Below, piece after piece: positions 45,797 through 57,441 of a DNA stretch of 64,000 nt. Position numbers and translations under genes: made by a program. Source of the stretch: an uncultured Candidatus Rokubacteria bacterium (GTDB lineage: Bacteria; Methylomirabilota; Methylomirabilia; Rokubacteriales; CSP1-6); contig CAVXJS010000009.1 of the NCBI GenBank assembly GCA_963762145.1, forward strand, positions 384,001 to 448,000, given 5' to 3'. The notes below the pieces were generated by a model that searched no databases, was not told where the DNA came from, and saw only the letters and a list, made by a program, of their open reading frames with translations. Every line of letters begins with the position of its first letter. Within the stretch, counting starts at the first letter, position 1.

Positions 45797-47558
45797 ATGA
45801 CGACGCCCACGACGACCCCGACGATTCCATCAACCCTCCGCAGCCGCAACTGGTTCGCCCCGAAGAACCTCGACGGCTTCATGCACCGCGCGTATCTCAA
45901 GGCCGAGGGCTTCAGCGACGCGGTCTTCGACGGCCGCCCGGTGATCGGGATCTGCAACTCCTGGTCGGAGCTGAACAACTGCAACGCCCACCTGCGGCAG
46001 GTGGCGGAGGCGGTCAAGCGCGGGGTATGGAGCGCGGGCGGCTTCCCGCTCGAGTTCCCGGTGATCTCGCTCGGCGAGATCCTGATGAAGCCGACCACGA
46101 TGCTCTTCCGCAACCTCATGGCGATGGACGTCGAGGAGTGCATCCGCGCCTATCCCCTGGACTCGGTCGTGCTGCTCGCCGCGTGCGACAAGACCACGCC
46201 CGCGATGCTGATGGGCGCGGCCTCCGCGGACGTGCCCGCGATCATGGTCACGGGCGGGCCGATGCTGCGGGGCATGTGGTGCAACCAGGAGCTCGGCTCG
46301 GGCACGGACGCGCGCAAGATGTGGGCGCAGCGCCGGGCCGGCGAGATCACCGACGAGGTGATGGCCGAGGTCGAGGCGTGCCTCTCGCGCTCGAGCGGCC
46401 ACTGCATGGTGATGGGCACCGCCTCCACGATGGCCGCGATGGCCGAGACGCTCGGCCTGGCGCTGCCGGGCAACGCGGCCATCCCCGCGGCGGACTCGCG
46501 ACGCCTGGCGCTGGCCGAGATGTCCGGCCGCCGCGCGGTGGAGATGGCGCTGGCGCGCGGGCCCAAGCCGTCGGAGATCCTCACCGCGGCGGCCTTCGAC
46601 AACGCGATCCGCGCGGACATGGCGCTGGGCGGCTCCACGAACGCGATCGTGCACCTGGTGGCGCTCGCCGGCCGCGCGGGCGTGCCGCTGCCGCTGCGCC
46701 GCTTCGACGAGCTCTCGCGCACCACGCCGCTGCTGGCCAACGTGCGGCCCTCGGGCAAGCACCTGATGGAGGACTTCTACTACGCGGGCGGCGTGCCCGC
46801 GGTGCTGCGCGAGCTGCTGCCGATGCTGGACGGCAGCGCCCTCGCGGTGAACGGCAAGACCCTGCGGGAGAACGTGGCGGACGCGCCCTGCCACGACCCG
46901 GACATCATCCGGCCGCTCTCGCTGCCGCTCCAGCCCGAGGGCGGCACCGTGATCCTCACCGGCAATCTCTGCCCCGGCGGCGCCGTCCTCAAGCAGTCGG
47001 CCGCCTCCCCGCACCTGATGGTCCATCGAGGCCGCGCGGTGGTCTTCGAGGATCATCTCGATCTCGAGCGGCGCATCGACGACCCCTCGCTGCCCATCGA
47101 CGAGAATTCGGTGCTGGTGCTCAAGCACGCCGGCCCGAAGGGCGGCCCCGGCATGCCCGAGTGGGGCGCCGCGCCGGTGCCGGCGCGCCTGCTGAAGGCG
47201 GGCGTGAAGGACATGGTGCGCATCTCGGACGCGCGCATGAGCGGCACCTCCTACGGCACCGTGGTGCTCCACGTCACGCCGGAGTCCGCGGTGGGCGGCC
47301 CGCTCGCGCTCGTGAAGCAGGGCGACGAGATCGAGCTGAACGTGCCGGAGCGCCGGCTGACGCTCCGAGTGATCCGACGAGGAGATCGCGCGCCGGCGCG
47401 CGGCGTGGACGCCGCGGCCGGACGGCGTCACCAGCGGCTATCTCCGCATGTTCCTCGACCACGTGCTGCAGGCCGACGAGGGCGTGGACTTCGACTTCCT
47501 GCGCGGCCGGCGGCCGGTGGTGGACGAGGACACCGCGCACGGCTCGAGGCTCGCCTGA
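45797..47558 (+). CDS. IlvD/Edd family sugar-acid dehydratase (one frameshift near 47375)
   Basis: CDKT, GHCMVMGTAS, GGSTN, GPGMPE and SDARMSGT motifs. The C-terminus QADEGVDFDFL is in a shifted frame. Confidence 0.93.
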
Positions 47559-47559
47559 G

Positions 47560-48806
47560 ATGGCGGCCGGATCGCCAACCGCCGCCTCCACCGCCGACGC
47601 GGTCGTCATCGGCTCGGGCGCCTTCGGCGCCTCCACCGCCTATCACCTGGCGAAGCGCGGCTTCAAGGTCGCGCTGGTGGACCAGCACGCGCTGGGCTCG
47701 CAGACCTCGCCGCGCGCGGCCGGGCTCACGAGCAAGGCCGACACGATGCCCACTATGGCGCGGCCTGCGTCACGAGGCCTGCGAGGCCTTCGAGCGCTTC
47801 GAGACCGAGATGGGGCGCACGGTGGACTTCCACCGCTCGGGCAGCCTGCGCGCGGCGTACACCGACGCGGCGGTGGAGCGGGTGCGCATCGCGCGGCTCG
47901 AGACCGCGACGAAGCTCGGCATCGAGGCGCGAGCTCGTCGACGCCGCGGAGGCCGAGCGGCTCGCGCCCCACTTCAAGCCGGGCGCGGCGCGCGCGATCC
48001 TGCACGTGCCGAGCGACGGCTGGGTGGATCCCGGCCAAGGTCGCGATCGGCTTCGTCACCCGCGCCGGCGAGCTGGGCGCGCGGCTGCTCCCCTTCACGC
48101 CCGCGCTGCGAGCTCCTGCAGAGCGAGGGCGGCCGCGCCACCGGCGTCGTGACCCCGCGCGGGCGAGATCAGCGCGCCGGTGGTGGTGGACGCGGCCGGC
48201 GCGCTGGACCGCGCGCGTGGCCGCGGGCGCGGGCATCGCGCTGCCGCTGGTTCCCGTGCGCCATCAGCTCTTCATCACCGAGCCGATCGCCGGGCGTGGA
48301 GCCGCTGCAGCCCATCGTGCGGCTGGTCGAGGCGAGCGTGTACGTGCGCTACGAGCAGGGCGGGCTGCTCTTCGGCGGCTACGAGGACGCGCCCGCGCGT
48401 GCTCGGGCGCGAGGGCCTGCCGCCGGGCTTCCAGATCGCCGCGCTCGAGCTGGACCTGGGCGTCCTGCGCGCGCTGGTGACGAGGTGGCGGACGCACTTC
48501 CCGGCCCTGCGCGACGCGAAGATCGCGGTGCACCGGGGCGGCGCGCCCACCATGACGCCCGACGGCCGGCCCATCGTGGGCCGCGTGCCCGGCCTCGACG
48601 GCCTCTACGTGGCCTCGGGCTGCTGCGTGGGCGGGCTCAGCCTCTCCCCCGCCGCGGGCCGCGCGCTCGCCGACCTGATCGTGGACGGCAAGAGCGATCC
48701 GGATCTGGCCCCGATCTCGGTCGAGCGCTTCGCCGACGCCTCCCGCGACCCGGCCGCCCTCGAGGCGGCCTGCGTGGCGCAGTACGCGCGCCGCTACACC
48801 CACTGA
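47560..48806 (+). CDS. FAD-dependent amine oxidoreductase (DAO/sarcosine oxidase-like; frameshifted)
   Basis: VIGSGAFG, TSPRAAG and TPDGRPIVG motifs. Confidence 0.85.
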
Positions 48807-48825
48807 CCTGCAAGGAGAACGATCC

Positions 48826-49174
48826 ATGGCCACGAGTCGACTGGAGCTATCACCGCAACGGCTGAATGACCTGTGCCAAGACGCAAGGGTTCCTTGCCAA
48901 GCACAAGGTGGCGGTGACCGAGCAGGCCGACGCGAAGAAGGCCACCATCAAGGGCGCGGCCGCGCTCGGCGTGCTCGACGGCGTGGACGAGCTGTACGTG
49001 GCGAAGGGCAAGAAGATCGAGCACGTCGATCTGCAGGCGGCGAAGCCGGACCGCGCCACGCTGCTGGCGCTCCTGCTGGGCCCGACCGGCAACCTGCGCG
49101 CGCCCACGCTGCGAAAGGGCCGCACCCTCATCGTCGGCTTCGAGGAAGCGACCTACAAGAAGGTGCTCACCTAG
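48826..49174 (+). CDS. ArsC/Spx-like thioredoxin-fold selenoprotein (UxxC)
   Basis: AAGGAG RBS and ATG 48826 (1-nt indel within the first codons), then VDWSYHRNG*MTCAKTQGFL...LLGPTGNLRAPTL...VGF. TGA at 48863-48865. Confidence 0.85.
48872..48905 (+). promoter_or_regulatory. SECIS-like hairpin of the ArsC-like gene
   Basis: UGUGC...GCAAGG-GUU-CCUUGC...GCACA. The loop starts 23 nt after the UGA and has a GGUUC apex. Confidence 0.75.
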
Positions 49175-49180
49175 CTAGGT

Positions 49181-49243
49181 GGGGTCAGGTCTTGAATTAC
49201 GACATTTGCCGCGGCGCGATGTCGTATTTCAAGACCTGACCCC
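49181..49243. repeat. REP/REPIN-like palindrome, copy 1
   Basis: 25-bp arms GGGGTCAGGTCTTGAA(T)TACGACAT with one mismatch. Confidence 0.85.
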
Positions 49244-49247
49244 GTCG

Positions 49248-49550
49248 CTACTTGGCCGCGGCGCTCCGGGGGTCGAGGTTCTCTGCCAGGCACTGGCCCC
49301 GCATCGTCCGGTCGGCATCGGCGGCCTCGAACGAGGCCCCAGCAGAACTCGCGACCACCCGCAAACCCATCTTCTCGAGGGCCTGGCCCTGCTGGCGCAT
49401 GGCGGTGGCGCACTCCTCGCGTGTCGGGAAGGTGCTCACGGAATCCCAGGGCGAATCCCCGCCCATCATCCACAGCACCCAGCCGCCGTCGGCTGAGGCT
49501 GAAGTGGTCAGGCTGAGCAGCACAAGCGTTATGAGAGTCAGGCGGCGCAT
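49248..49550 (-). CDS. small secreted protein with two Cys
   Basis: GAGGAGG RBS, signal peptide and WVLW...EEC...CL pattern. Confidence 0.65.
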   Translation of the reverse strand: MRRLTLITLVLLSLTTSASADGGWVLWMMGGDSPWDSVSTFPTREECATAMRQQGQALEKMGLRVVASSAGASFEAADADRTMRGQCLAENLDPRSAAAK

Positions 49551-49671
49551 GGAAGAGGTCCTCCTCATCCAATCCTAGCCGGGGGTGGAATTTTGGCCGA
49601 TCCCGACGCGCGGTTGCTGCTAACCACCAGGAAAGTCTGAATTGCCACCGCCCACCGGGGAGGGTGAGGGT

Positions 49672-51149
49672 CTACGGCAGCAGCACCAGAGGCCCGGTGG
49701 TGCGGCGTCCCTCCAGGTCGCGGTGGGCCTCGGCGGCGGCGGCGAGCGGATAGCGGTGGCGGATGTCCAGGCGGATCACGCCAGTCGCGGAACGCATCGA
49801 AGGTCTGCCGCGCGATCTCGTCGAGCGCGGCACGCTCGGCCGTGTAGTGGAAGAGCACGGGCCGCGTCACCGTGGCCGACTTGGCCGACAGTGTCTCGGG
49901 GCCGATCGGCGGGAGCGGGCCGCTCGCCTGGCCGTAGCTCACCCAGTGGCCGCAGAGCGCGAGGGCCTCCAGGTTCTCCTCCATCGCCGCGCGGCCGAGC
50001 CCGTCGTAGATCACGTCGGCGCCGCGGCCGCCGGTAGCTCCCTTGACCGCGGCCGCGAAGCGGTAGTCGCGGCCGACCAGCGGCAGCTCGCAGCCGTTCG
50101 CGCGCGCGAGCCGCGCCTTGTCCTCGCTCGAGACGGTGCCGATCACGCGCGCGCCGAGGGCCTTCGCCCACTGGCACAGGAAGCAGACCGACGCCGCCCG
50201 CGGCCGCGTGCACCAGCACCGTCTCGCCCGCGCGCACGCGATGCGTGCGGTGGAGCAGGTACGCGGCGGTCATGCCCTTCAGCATCAGCGCGGCGGCGCG
50301 TCTCGTCGTCCACGTCGTCCGGCAGCACCACGACCTGGTCGGCCGGCATCGTGCGCGCGCTCGCGTAGGCGCCGGGCGGCGCGCACGCGTAGGCGACGCG
50401 GTCGCCGGGCAGGAGGTGCGCGACGCCGTCACCCACGTCCACCACCACCCCCGCCGCCTCCATGCCGAGCGGCGCGGGAGGCTCGATCATGCGATAGAGG
50501 CCGGCGCGCACGTAGACGTCGATGTAGTTGACGCCGACCGCGGTCTGCCGGATGCGCACCTCGCCCGGGCCGGGCGGGCGCGCGGGCAGCGGCTGATAGC
50601 GCAGCACCTCGGGGCCGCCGAAGGCGGTGGCCACCACGCCCTGCCCCGGCATCGACGCCCCCGACGCGAGCGTGGGCGAGGCCGTCCGCGGGCGATCCGG
50701 CGCACGGGCGCGACGCGCCGCAGATAGGCGCGCAGGCCCTCGAAGCCGCCTTCGTAGACCCCGGTGCCGACCATGTCGGCCAGCTCGCGCTCGCGGCCCG
50801 GCGGCGCGTCGAAGGTGGACTGCCAGTGCCAGAAGGTGCGCTCCCCGTCGGTCACCCGCTTGAGCTGGAGCGTGGCCACGTACCGGCGGAGGGGCACGCT
50901 CGCGTCGAGGATGCAGTAGGTGGAGACGTGGTCCCGGTCGGAGAGTGCCAGGAGCTGCTCGCGGATGCGGTTGCCGTCGCGCAGCGTGAACCGGCGCACG
51001 CAGCCGATCTGGTCGGACGGCTCCCCGCCCTCGATCTCCGACTCCGCCACCACCGGGTGCCACGCAGTGTGGCTGTTGAAGTCGCGGAGCACCGCCCACA
51101 CGCGCTCGATCGGCGCGTCGATCACCGCCGACCGCGTGACCCGAATCAT
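49672..51149 (-). CDS. SRPBCC domain plus NADPH:quinone oxidoreductase (MDR), probably a single frameshifted fusion
   Basis: MIRVTRSAVIDAPIERVW.. SRPBCC domain, then GVNYID, GMEAAG, HAAAGGVG and YGQASG in successive frames. Confidence 0.78.
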
Positions 51150-51211
51150 GGGGTCAGGTCTTACATTCCGACATTGTCGCGTCGCGTTGTCACAATGTAA
51201 GACCTGACCCC
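51150..51211. repeat. REP/REPIN-like palindrome, copy 2
   Basis: 18-bp perfect arms GGGGTCAGGTCTTACATT / AATGTAAGACCTGACCCC. Confidence 0.85.
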
Positions 51212-51214
51212 GGG

Positions 51215-51653
51215 CTAGCGGCGGAACATGGTCTTGAGGGAGTCGAAGGCGGTCTGGAAGACGCCCTGGCCGATCTGCTGGGCCAGCTCGCCCTCGCGCT
51301 CGGGCGCGCAGTCGAACTCGGCCGACCACTCCGCGAAGGTGCGGGCCGCCGTCCGTCACGGGCGTCAGCTTGAGGGTGGCGACGTAGTTCTCCACCCCCA
51401 TCGGGGACTCCAGGATCGAGTACGTGCACTGGAAGTCGTAGTCGGACAGGGTCAGGAGCTGCTCGCGGATGACGCCCCCGTCCCGGAGCCGGAAGTTCCG
51501 GACGCAGCCCACGGTGTCGGGGGCCATCCCGCCCTCGATCCGCGAATCGGCCACGAACGGGGTCCACTTGGGCAGACCGTTGAAGTCGCGGATCTGCGCC
51601 CACACCGCGTCCGCGGGCGCCTCGATCACGCTCGAGACGTAGACCTTGATCAT
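51215..51653 (-). CDS. SRPBCC (MxaD/polyketide cyclase-like) protein (frameshift near 51345)
   Basis: IEAPADAVWAQIRDFN and VGCVR...IREQLL. Paralogous to the downstream SRPBCC domain. Confidence 0.85.
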
Positions 51654-51656
51654 GCG

Positions 51657-53369
51657 CTACTCGCTGGGCTCGGAGCCGCCCTCGCCGGATCGCGGCAGCG
51701 CCGCGCTCTGGCCGCGATCCAGCAGGCCGCGGGCCGCCTTGCCGACGTCGCCCGAGTCCACGCCGATCTCGCGCAGGAGCTGATCCACCAGCGGGGCCTG
51801 CGCCCGGAAGCGCAGCGCCGAGTTCACCACGCTGTCGGCGAACCCGCCGTTGCCTTCGCGCCCGTCGCCGCCGCGGCCTCCGCCTCCACCGAGCCCGTCC
51901 ACCTGCAGGATCTTGATCCCCTCGATGCGCTCCATCGGCTTCACGGACTCGCGGATGATGCCCTCCAGCTTGTCGATCAGCCGGATGCGCATCGCGGAGA
52001 TGCGCGCCTCCGGGGACAGCAGGTTCTGCGCCTCGTTCATCAGCCGGGTTCCTTCCGCCTCCACCTCGTTGCGGATGCGCGCCGCCATCGCGCGCACGCG
52101 CTCCGAGTCGGCGTACGCCTCCGCCTCCGCCCGCACCGCCGCGCCCCGGTCGCCCGCCGCCGCCTTCTCGGCCTCCGCGCCGATGCGGATCCGCAGCGCG
52201 TCCCGCTCCGCCTCCTGCTGCGCCCCGATCAGGTCGATGCGCTTGCGCCGCTCGGCCATCTCGGTCTCGCGCGCGGTGAACACGCGCTCTTCCTCGGACA
52301 CCGCCTTGGCCCGCGCCAGGTCGGCCGCGCCCTGCGCCTCGGACTGCGCCTTCGACTGCTCGGCCACCGCGATCGCGCGATGCTGCTCGGCCAGCTCGAC
52401 CGCCTGCCGCCGCCCGATCTCGAGCTGCTGCACCTCGCTCTCCTTGAGGATCCGCTCCTCCTCCACCGCCCGCTCCGAGGAGATGCGGGCCCGGTCCACC
52501 GCCTCCCGCGCCCCGATCTGGGCGCGCTCGGCCTCCTGCTCCTTCTCCGCGCGCTGGCGGGCCACGTCGGCCCGCTGGGACGCCCGCTGCATCTCGAGCT
52601 CGCGCTCCTGGGCCAGCCGCGCGTATTCGAGCTCGCGGTCGATGTCGAGCGCCTGGCGCTCGGTCTCCAGGTTCTTGTTGCGCACCTGGATCATGGTGTC
52701 CTGCTCGATGTCGTTGCGGATCTTCTTGCGCCGCTCGATCTGCTCGGTGAGCCGGGTGAGGCCCTCCGCGTCGAAGGCGTTGGACGGGTTGAAGAACTCC
52801 ATCGCGGTCTGGTCGAGCTGGGTGAGCGACACCGCCTCCAGCTCGAGGCCGTTCTGCAGCAGGTCGGCGGCCACCACGCCCTTCACCCGCTTCACGTACT
52901 CCCCGCGCTTCTCGTGCAGCTCCTCCATGGTCATCTCGGCGGCGACGGTGCGCAGCGCGTCCACGAACTTGCCCTCCACCAGCTCCTTCAGCGTCTCCGG
53001 CTCCAGCGTGCGCTGGCCCAGGGTCTGGGCCGCCGACGCGATGGCCTCCGGGCCCGCCTGCACGCGCACGTAGAACTCGGACACGACGTCCACCCGCATG
53101 CGGTCCTTGGTGATGAGGGCCTTGTCCCGCCCCCGCGACACCTCGAGCCGCAGCGTGTTCATGTTCACCGGCACCACCTCGTGCACGATCGGCAGCACGA
53201 AGGCCCCGCCGTTCATCACCACCTTCTGGCCCCCGAGGCCGGTGCGCACGAAGGCGCGCTCCTTCGACGAGCGCAGGTACAGCCAGTTCATCAGCCACAC
53301 GATGATCGCGACGATGATCGCCACGACCACGATTCCGAGTATTGCCGCCCCGAACTGTGCTCCAGTCAT
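51657..53369 (-). CDS. flotillin/SPFH family membrane protein (YqiK-like)
   Basis: N-terminal TM, FVRTGLGG, ALITKDRMRVDV, FNPSNAFDAEGL and an Ala/Glu coiled coil. Confidence 0.92.
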   Translation of the reverse strand: MTGAQFGAAILGIVVVAIIVAIIVWLMNWLYLRSSKERAFVRTGLGGQKVVMNGGAFVLPIVHEVVPVNMNTLRLEVSRGRDKALITKDRMRVDVVSEFYVRVQAGPEAIASAAQTLGQRTLEPETLKELVEGKFVDALRTVAAEMTMEELHEKRGEYVKRVKGVVAADLLQNGLELEAVSLTQLDQTAMEFFNPSNAFDAEGLTRLTEQIERRKKIRNDIEQDTMIQVRNKNLETERQALDIDRELEYARLAQERELEMQRASQRADVARQRAEKEQEAERAQIGAREAVDRARISSERAVEEERILKESEVQQLEIGRRQAVELAEQHRAIAVAEQSKAQSEAQGAADLARAKAVSEEERVFTARETEMAERRKRIDLIGAQQEAERDALRIRIGAEAEKAAAGDRGAAVRAEAEAYADSERVRAMAARIRNEVEAEGTRLMNEAQNLLSPEARISAMRIRLIDKLEGIIRESVKPMERIEGIKILQVDGLGGGGGRGGDGREGNGGFADSVVNSALRFRAQAPLVDQLLREIGVDSGDVGKAARGLLDRGQSAALPRSGEGGSEPSE

Positions 53370-53397
53370 GACAGTCTCCTAGGTTGCTGCATGTCTC

Positions 53398-54228
53398 TCA
53401 CCGCCGGATCTTCTTGAACTTGCGGGTCGTCTCGGTCAGGGCCACTTCCGTGGGCAACCGCTCCATGCTGGAGGCGCCGTAGAATCCGTGGCACTGCCGG
53501 CAATTCTTCAGTATGTAGCGCGCGTCGGCCGGCCGGGCGATCGGCCCGCCGTGGCACAGCACGATGACGTCCCGGTTGACCGACCGGGCCGCGGCCGACC
53601 AGGCATCGACGAGCGGCACGCAATCCTTGAGCCTGGGCGCGGTCTCGGCGCCGATGGCCCCGCCGGTGGTGAGGCCCAGGTGGCAGACCACGATGTCGGC
53701 GCCCGCCTTGGCCATGTCCACCGCGTTCTGCTCGGAGAACACGTAGGGCGTGGTCAGCAGGTCGCGCTCGTGAGCGGCGCGGATCATCTCGACCTCGAGG
53801 CCGTAGCCCATGCCGGTCTCCTCGAGCTGGGCGCGGATCGTCCCGTCGAAGAGGCCCACCGTCGGGAAGTTCTGCACCCCCGAGAAGCCGAGCTCGATCA
53901 GCCGGCGCAGGAAGTCGTCGGTGATCATGAACGGGTCGGTGCCGTTCACCCCGGCCAGCACCGGCGTCCGCTTCACCACCGGCAGCACCTCGCGGGCCAT
54001 GTCGAGCACGATGTCGTTGGCGTTGCCGTAGGCCATGAGCCCAGCGAGCGAGCCACGGCCCGCCATCCGGTAGCGGCCCGAGTTGTAGATCACGATGAGG
54101 TCGATCCCGCCCGCCTCCTCGCACTTGGCCGAGAGCCCGGTGCCCGCGCCCCCGCCGATGATCGGCTCGCCGCGCCGGATCATGCTCCGGAACTTCTTGA
54201 GGCAGTCCTGACGGGAGATGCGGGGCAT
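53398..54228 (-). CDS. TIM-barrel signal transduction / phosphoenolpyruvate hydrolase-like protein
   Basis: [34 protein letters not shown] and [12 protein letters not shown] motifs. Confidence 0.92.
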   Translation of the reverse strand: MPRISRQDCLKKFRSMIRRGEPIIGGGAGTGLSAKCEEAGGIDLIVIYNSGRYRMAGRGSLAGLMAYGNANDIVLDMAREVLPVVKRTPVLAGVNGTDPFMITDDFLRRLIELGFSGVQNFPTVGLFDGTIRAQLEETGMGYGLEVEMIRAAHERDLLTTPYVFSEQNAVDMAKAGADIVVCHLGLTTGGAIGAETAPRLKDCVPLVDAWSAAARSVNRDVIVLCHGGPIARPADARYILKNCRQCHGFYGASSMERLPTEVALTETTRKFKKIRR

Positions 54229-54236
54229 GGGCGCGC

Positions 54237-56528
54237 TCACCTCACCTGAGGCCGGGCCAGGGCGGGCTCGCCGACGATCTCGTCGAACGCGGCCACCAGG
54301 GCGTCGCAGAAGGCCTGGTCGTTGATGTTGTGCGGCAGCCGGATCAGCTTCCGGCGGGAGCCGGCCCGGAATCCCGTCGCGATCGCGTCGAACAGCGCCC
54401 GGTCCGCGGCGGGATCCCAGAATGCCTTGCCCGCCGCGTCGATCAGGGAGACGCCGCCCTCGGGGATCAGGAACCGCACGGGGCCTTCCATCCGGTTGAG
54501 CTTCTCGACGATGAAGCGGCCGATCCGGGCGCATTCCTCGGCGGTGGTGCGCATGAGCGTGACGTTGGGATTGTGCCGGTACAGGTTGCGCTCGCGGAAC
54601 TGGGCCGGCACCGTCTCCATGGCCCAGAAGTTCACCATGTCGAGCGCGCCGCACGAGCCCACGTAGGGCAGCCGCGTGCGGATGATCGAGTCCAGTCGCG
54701 CGGGCCCCGCGGAGAGGACGCCGCCCACGATCTCGTCCGCGATCTCGGTGGTGGTGACGTCGATCACCCCGGTCAGCAGGCCCGAGTCCACCAGCTTCTC
54801 CATGGATTGCCCGCCGGTGCCGGTGGCGTGGAAGACGAGGCAGTCGTACCGCTCCTCGAGGGCCTTGGTGACCGCCTGCACGCACGGCGTGGTGACCCCG
54901 AACTGGGTCAGCCCGATCGCGGGCTTGGCGCTCGACTCGCTGGCGAGCGCCCGCCCGTATCCGATCATGCCCGCGAGCGCGTGGGCCGCGTTGGCCAGCA
55001 CGCGCTCCGAGATGCGGTTGATGCCGGCCACGTCGGTGACCGAGTACATCATGCAGATGTCGGAGGGGCCGACGTACGGCTTCACGTCGCCGGAGGCCAC
55101 CGTCGAGACCATGACCTTGGGCAGGCCGATCGGGAGACCACGCATGGCGAGGGTGGCCAGCGCGGTGCCGCCGGAGCCGCCCGCGGAGATGAGGCCGCCC
55201 AGATCGCGCCGGCCGGCCACGAATCGCTCGAAGGCCACCGCCATCTCGCTGACCGCGGAGCCACGGTCGCCGGTGAAGACCGCGCGCTCGCCCTTCGGGT
55301 GATGCCGCGCGACCTCTCGAGGATGAATCATCGCGGGCGACGGCTTGCCGGAGGTCGCCAGATCCACCGTGACCGTCCGCAGGCCGAGCTTGTCCAGGCA
55401 GTTCCGCAGGAAGAACAGCTCGCGGCTCTTGGTGTCGAAGGTGCCCGCGATGTAGGCGGCCCGTCCGACGGTGGCGGCCACCGGGAACTCGACGACCCGC
55501 CCGGCCGGGCGACTGTCGGCCAGGGCCGCGGCCGCCCCGTCGAGCGACGGCACCGGCTCGCCCGGATCCGCGCGGCCGTCGATCAGGCGGTCGCGCGGGG
55601 CGCTCCGAGGGTCCGCGGCGTTCCACCGGGTGAACCCGCGCACCGCGCGCTCCGCGGGCGGCTCCGCCTCGGGGCCGGGCGCCGTCTCCACGTCGTCGCT
55701 CGACCGGCGCACCGTGTAGACGGTGACGGTGTCCGGCGCGTCTCCGGCCGCGGGCGCCGCGTCGGCCTCCGGCTCCTCGTCCACGCCCACCTTGACGCCG
55801 AGCAGGCGCTGCTGCAGATCGCGGTCGGCGGCCAGCTCGGCCGACGGCATCGAGCGCGCGATGCGGCCGTTGACCATCACGTCCACCGTGTCGGCCACGT
55901 CGATCGCCACCCCGAGGTTCTGCTCGATCAGCAGCACCGAGATCGAGCCGTCGGCGGCCAGCCGCTTCAGCATCTCGGCCACCTGCTGCACGATCACCGG
56001 CGCCAGGCCCTCGGTCGGCTCGTCCATCACGAGGAGGATCGGGTTGAACAGGAGCGCCCGCGCGATGGCGAGCATCTGCTGCTCGCCGCCGGACAGCTCG
56101 GCGCCCCCGTTGCCCTTCCGCTCCGCCAGCCGTGGGAAAGTCTGGTACACGCGGGCCGCCGTCCAGGGGCCGCTCGACCGGTCGCGGGACGCCAGGCGCA
56201 GGTGCTCGTCCACCGTCAGCGACGGCCACACGCGCCGGCCCTGCGGGACGTATCCGACGCCCCGGTCGGTGATCGCGTTGGGCGGCAGACCGAGGATCTC
56301 CTCGCCGTCCAGCCGCACGCTGCCCGCGGCCGGAACGAGCCCCGTGATCGCGTTGCACAGCGTGGTCTTGCCCATGCCGTTCTTGCCCACCACCGCGGTC
56401 ACCCCGTGGTCCAGGCGGAGGGAAACCTCCTGGAGCGCGTGCGCGCGGCCGTAGTACACGTCGAGCTTCTCGACGACCAGGATCGGCCCCGACGAGCGGG
56501 CCCGGCGCGCGCGGGAGAACCAGCGCAT
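54237..56528 (-). CDS. LivF-like ABC ATPase fused to a UPF0261/Tm-1-like ATP-binding domain
   Basis: [15 protein letters not shown] and MDEPTEGL, then a linker, then [28 protein letters not shown] and GALDMVNF. Confidence 0.9.
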   Translation of the reverse strand: MRWFSRARRARSSGPILVVEKLDVYYGRAHALQEVSLRLDHGVTAVVGKNGMGKTTLCNAITGLVPAAGSVRLDGEEILGLPPNAITDRGVGYVPQGRRVWPSLTVDEHLRLASRDRSSGPWTAARVYQTFPRLAERKGNGGAELSGGEQQMLAIARALLFNPILLVMDEPTEGLAPVIVQQVAEMLKRLAADGSISVLLIEQNLGVAIDVADTVDVMVNGRIARSMPSAELAADRDLQQRLLGVKVGVDEEPEADAAPAAGDAPDTVTVYTVRRSSDDVETAPGPEAEPPAERAVRGFTRWNAADPRSAPRDRLIDGRADPGEPVPSLDGAAAALADSRPAGRVVEFPVAATVGRAAYIAGTFDTKSRELFFLRNCLDKLGLRTVTVDLATSGKPSPAMIHPREVARHHPKGERAVFTGDRGSAVSEMAVAFERFVAGRRDLGGLISAGGSGGTALATLAMRGLPIGLPKVMVSTVASGDVKPYVGPSDICMMYSVTDVAGINRISERVLANAAHALAGMIGYGRALASESSAKPAIGLTQFGVTTPCVQAVTKALEERYDCLVFHATGTGGQSMEKLVDSGLLTGVIDVTTTEIADEIVGGVLSAGPARLDSIIRTRLPYVGSCGALDMVNFWAMETVPAQFRERNLYRHNPNVTLMRTTAEECARIGRFIVEKLNRMEGPVRFLIPEGGVSLIDAAGKAFWDPAADRALFDAIATGFRAGSRRKLIRLPHNINDQAFCDALVAAFDEIVGEPALARPQVR

Positions 56529-57319
56529 CAGTGGCGCGCGCCTCCGATGTAGATGGCCTGCACGTCGGCGTCGCCCTCGATCTGCGCGGGGGTGCCGTGC
56601 TTCAGCACGTGGCCGTCGTGCATCACGGTGACCTGCTCCACCACCCGCAACGCGACGTCCAGATCGTGCTCGATGATGATGAAGCTCATGTGGGCGGGGA
56701 GCGCGGTGAGCAGCGCGACCAGATCGCGCCGCTCGGCCGGGGAAAGCCCGGCGGCCGGCTCGTCGAACAGGATGAAGCGGGGCGCGCCTGCCAGCGCCAT
56801 GCCGATCTCGAGCTGGCGCTGCTGGCCGTGCGAGAGCGATGACACCGGCTGGTCGGCCACCGCCTCGAGCCGGACGCGGTGGAGCAGCTCCTCGGTGGCC
56901 AGGCGCGAGGGGTGCGCGGGGCGGGGCCGCAGGAAGCCGTAGCGCCCGCGCGCCACGCCGCGCACGGCCAGGAACAGATTGTCCCGCACCGTGAGATCGC
57001 GGAACAGGAGCGAGGACTGGTACGTGCGGCGCAGGCCCATGCGGATCCGCTCGTGGGGCGGCATCGCGGTCACGTCCTCGCCGAAGAAGCGAACCCGCCC
57101 CGCGGTGGGCGGAAAGTCACCCGTGATGGTGTTGAACAGGGTGGTCTTGCCGGCGCCGTTGGCGCCGATCAGGGCCCGGCGCTCCCCCGCCGCGACCGAG
57201 AACGAGACGTCCTCGATCGCGCGGAGGGCGCCGAAAGTTCGGGTGACGCCCTCGAGCACGAGGGCGTCACCCGTGTTGGTGGGCTGTCGCTGTGCCGTTC
57301 CCGGCTGAACCGGTGGCAT
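56528..57319 (-). CDS. LivG-like ABC ATPase
   Basis: [18 protein letters not shown] and DEPAAGL motifs. Confidence 0.92.
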   Translation of the reverse strand: MPPVQPGTAQRQPTNTGDALVLEGVTRTFGALRAIEDVSFSVAAGERRALIGANGAGKTTLFNTITGDFPPTAGRVRFFGEDVTAMPPHERIRMGLRRTYQSSLLFRDLTVRDNLFLAVRGVARGRYGFLRPRPAHPSRLATEELLHRVRLEAVADQPVSSLSHGQQRQLEIGMALAGAPRFILFDEPAAGLSPAERRDLVALLTALPAHMSFIIIEHDLDVALRVVEQVTVMHDGHVLKHGTPAQIEGDADVQAIYIGGARH

Positions 57320-57329
57320 CCTGCTTAGA

Positions 57330-57361
57330 ATTGGGGGGAGCGGCGGCGCTCCTCCCCCAAT
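57330..57361. repeat. intergenic G/C-run hairpin
   Basis: ATTGGGGG-GAGCG-GCGG-CGCTC-CT-CCCCCAAT between the SBP and ATPase genes. Confidence 0.5.
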
Positions 57362-57441
57362 CCCCCCCACCGCATTTTTCAGCTGCGTTCATGTGTCGAT
57401 TGTTCCGCGTGTTCTTCCTGGTTCTCCTGCCGTTGTCTTCC

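Noticed and set aside
45746-48865. 1039-aa dehydratase fusion ORF
   Set aside because: It is an artefact of indels joining the dehydratase, the oxidoreductase region and the ArsC 5' end.
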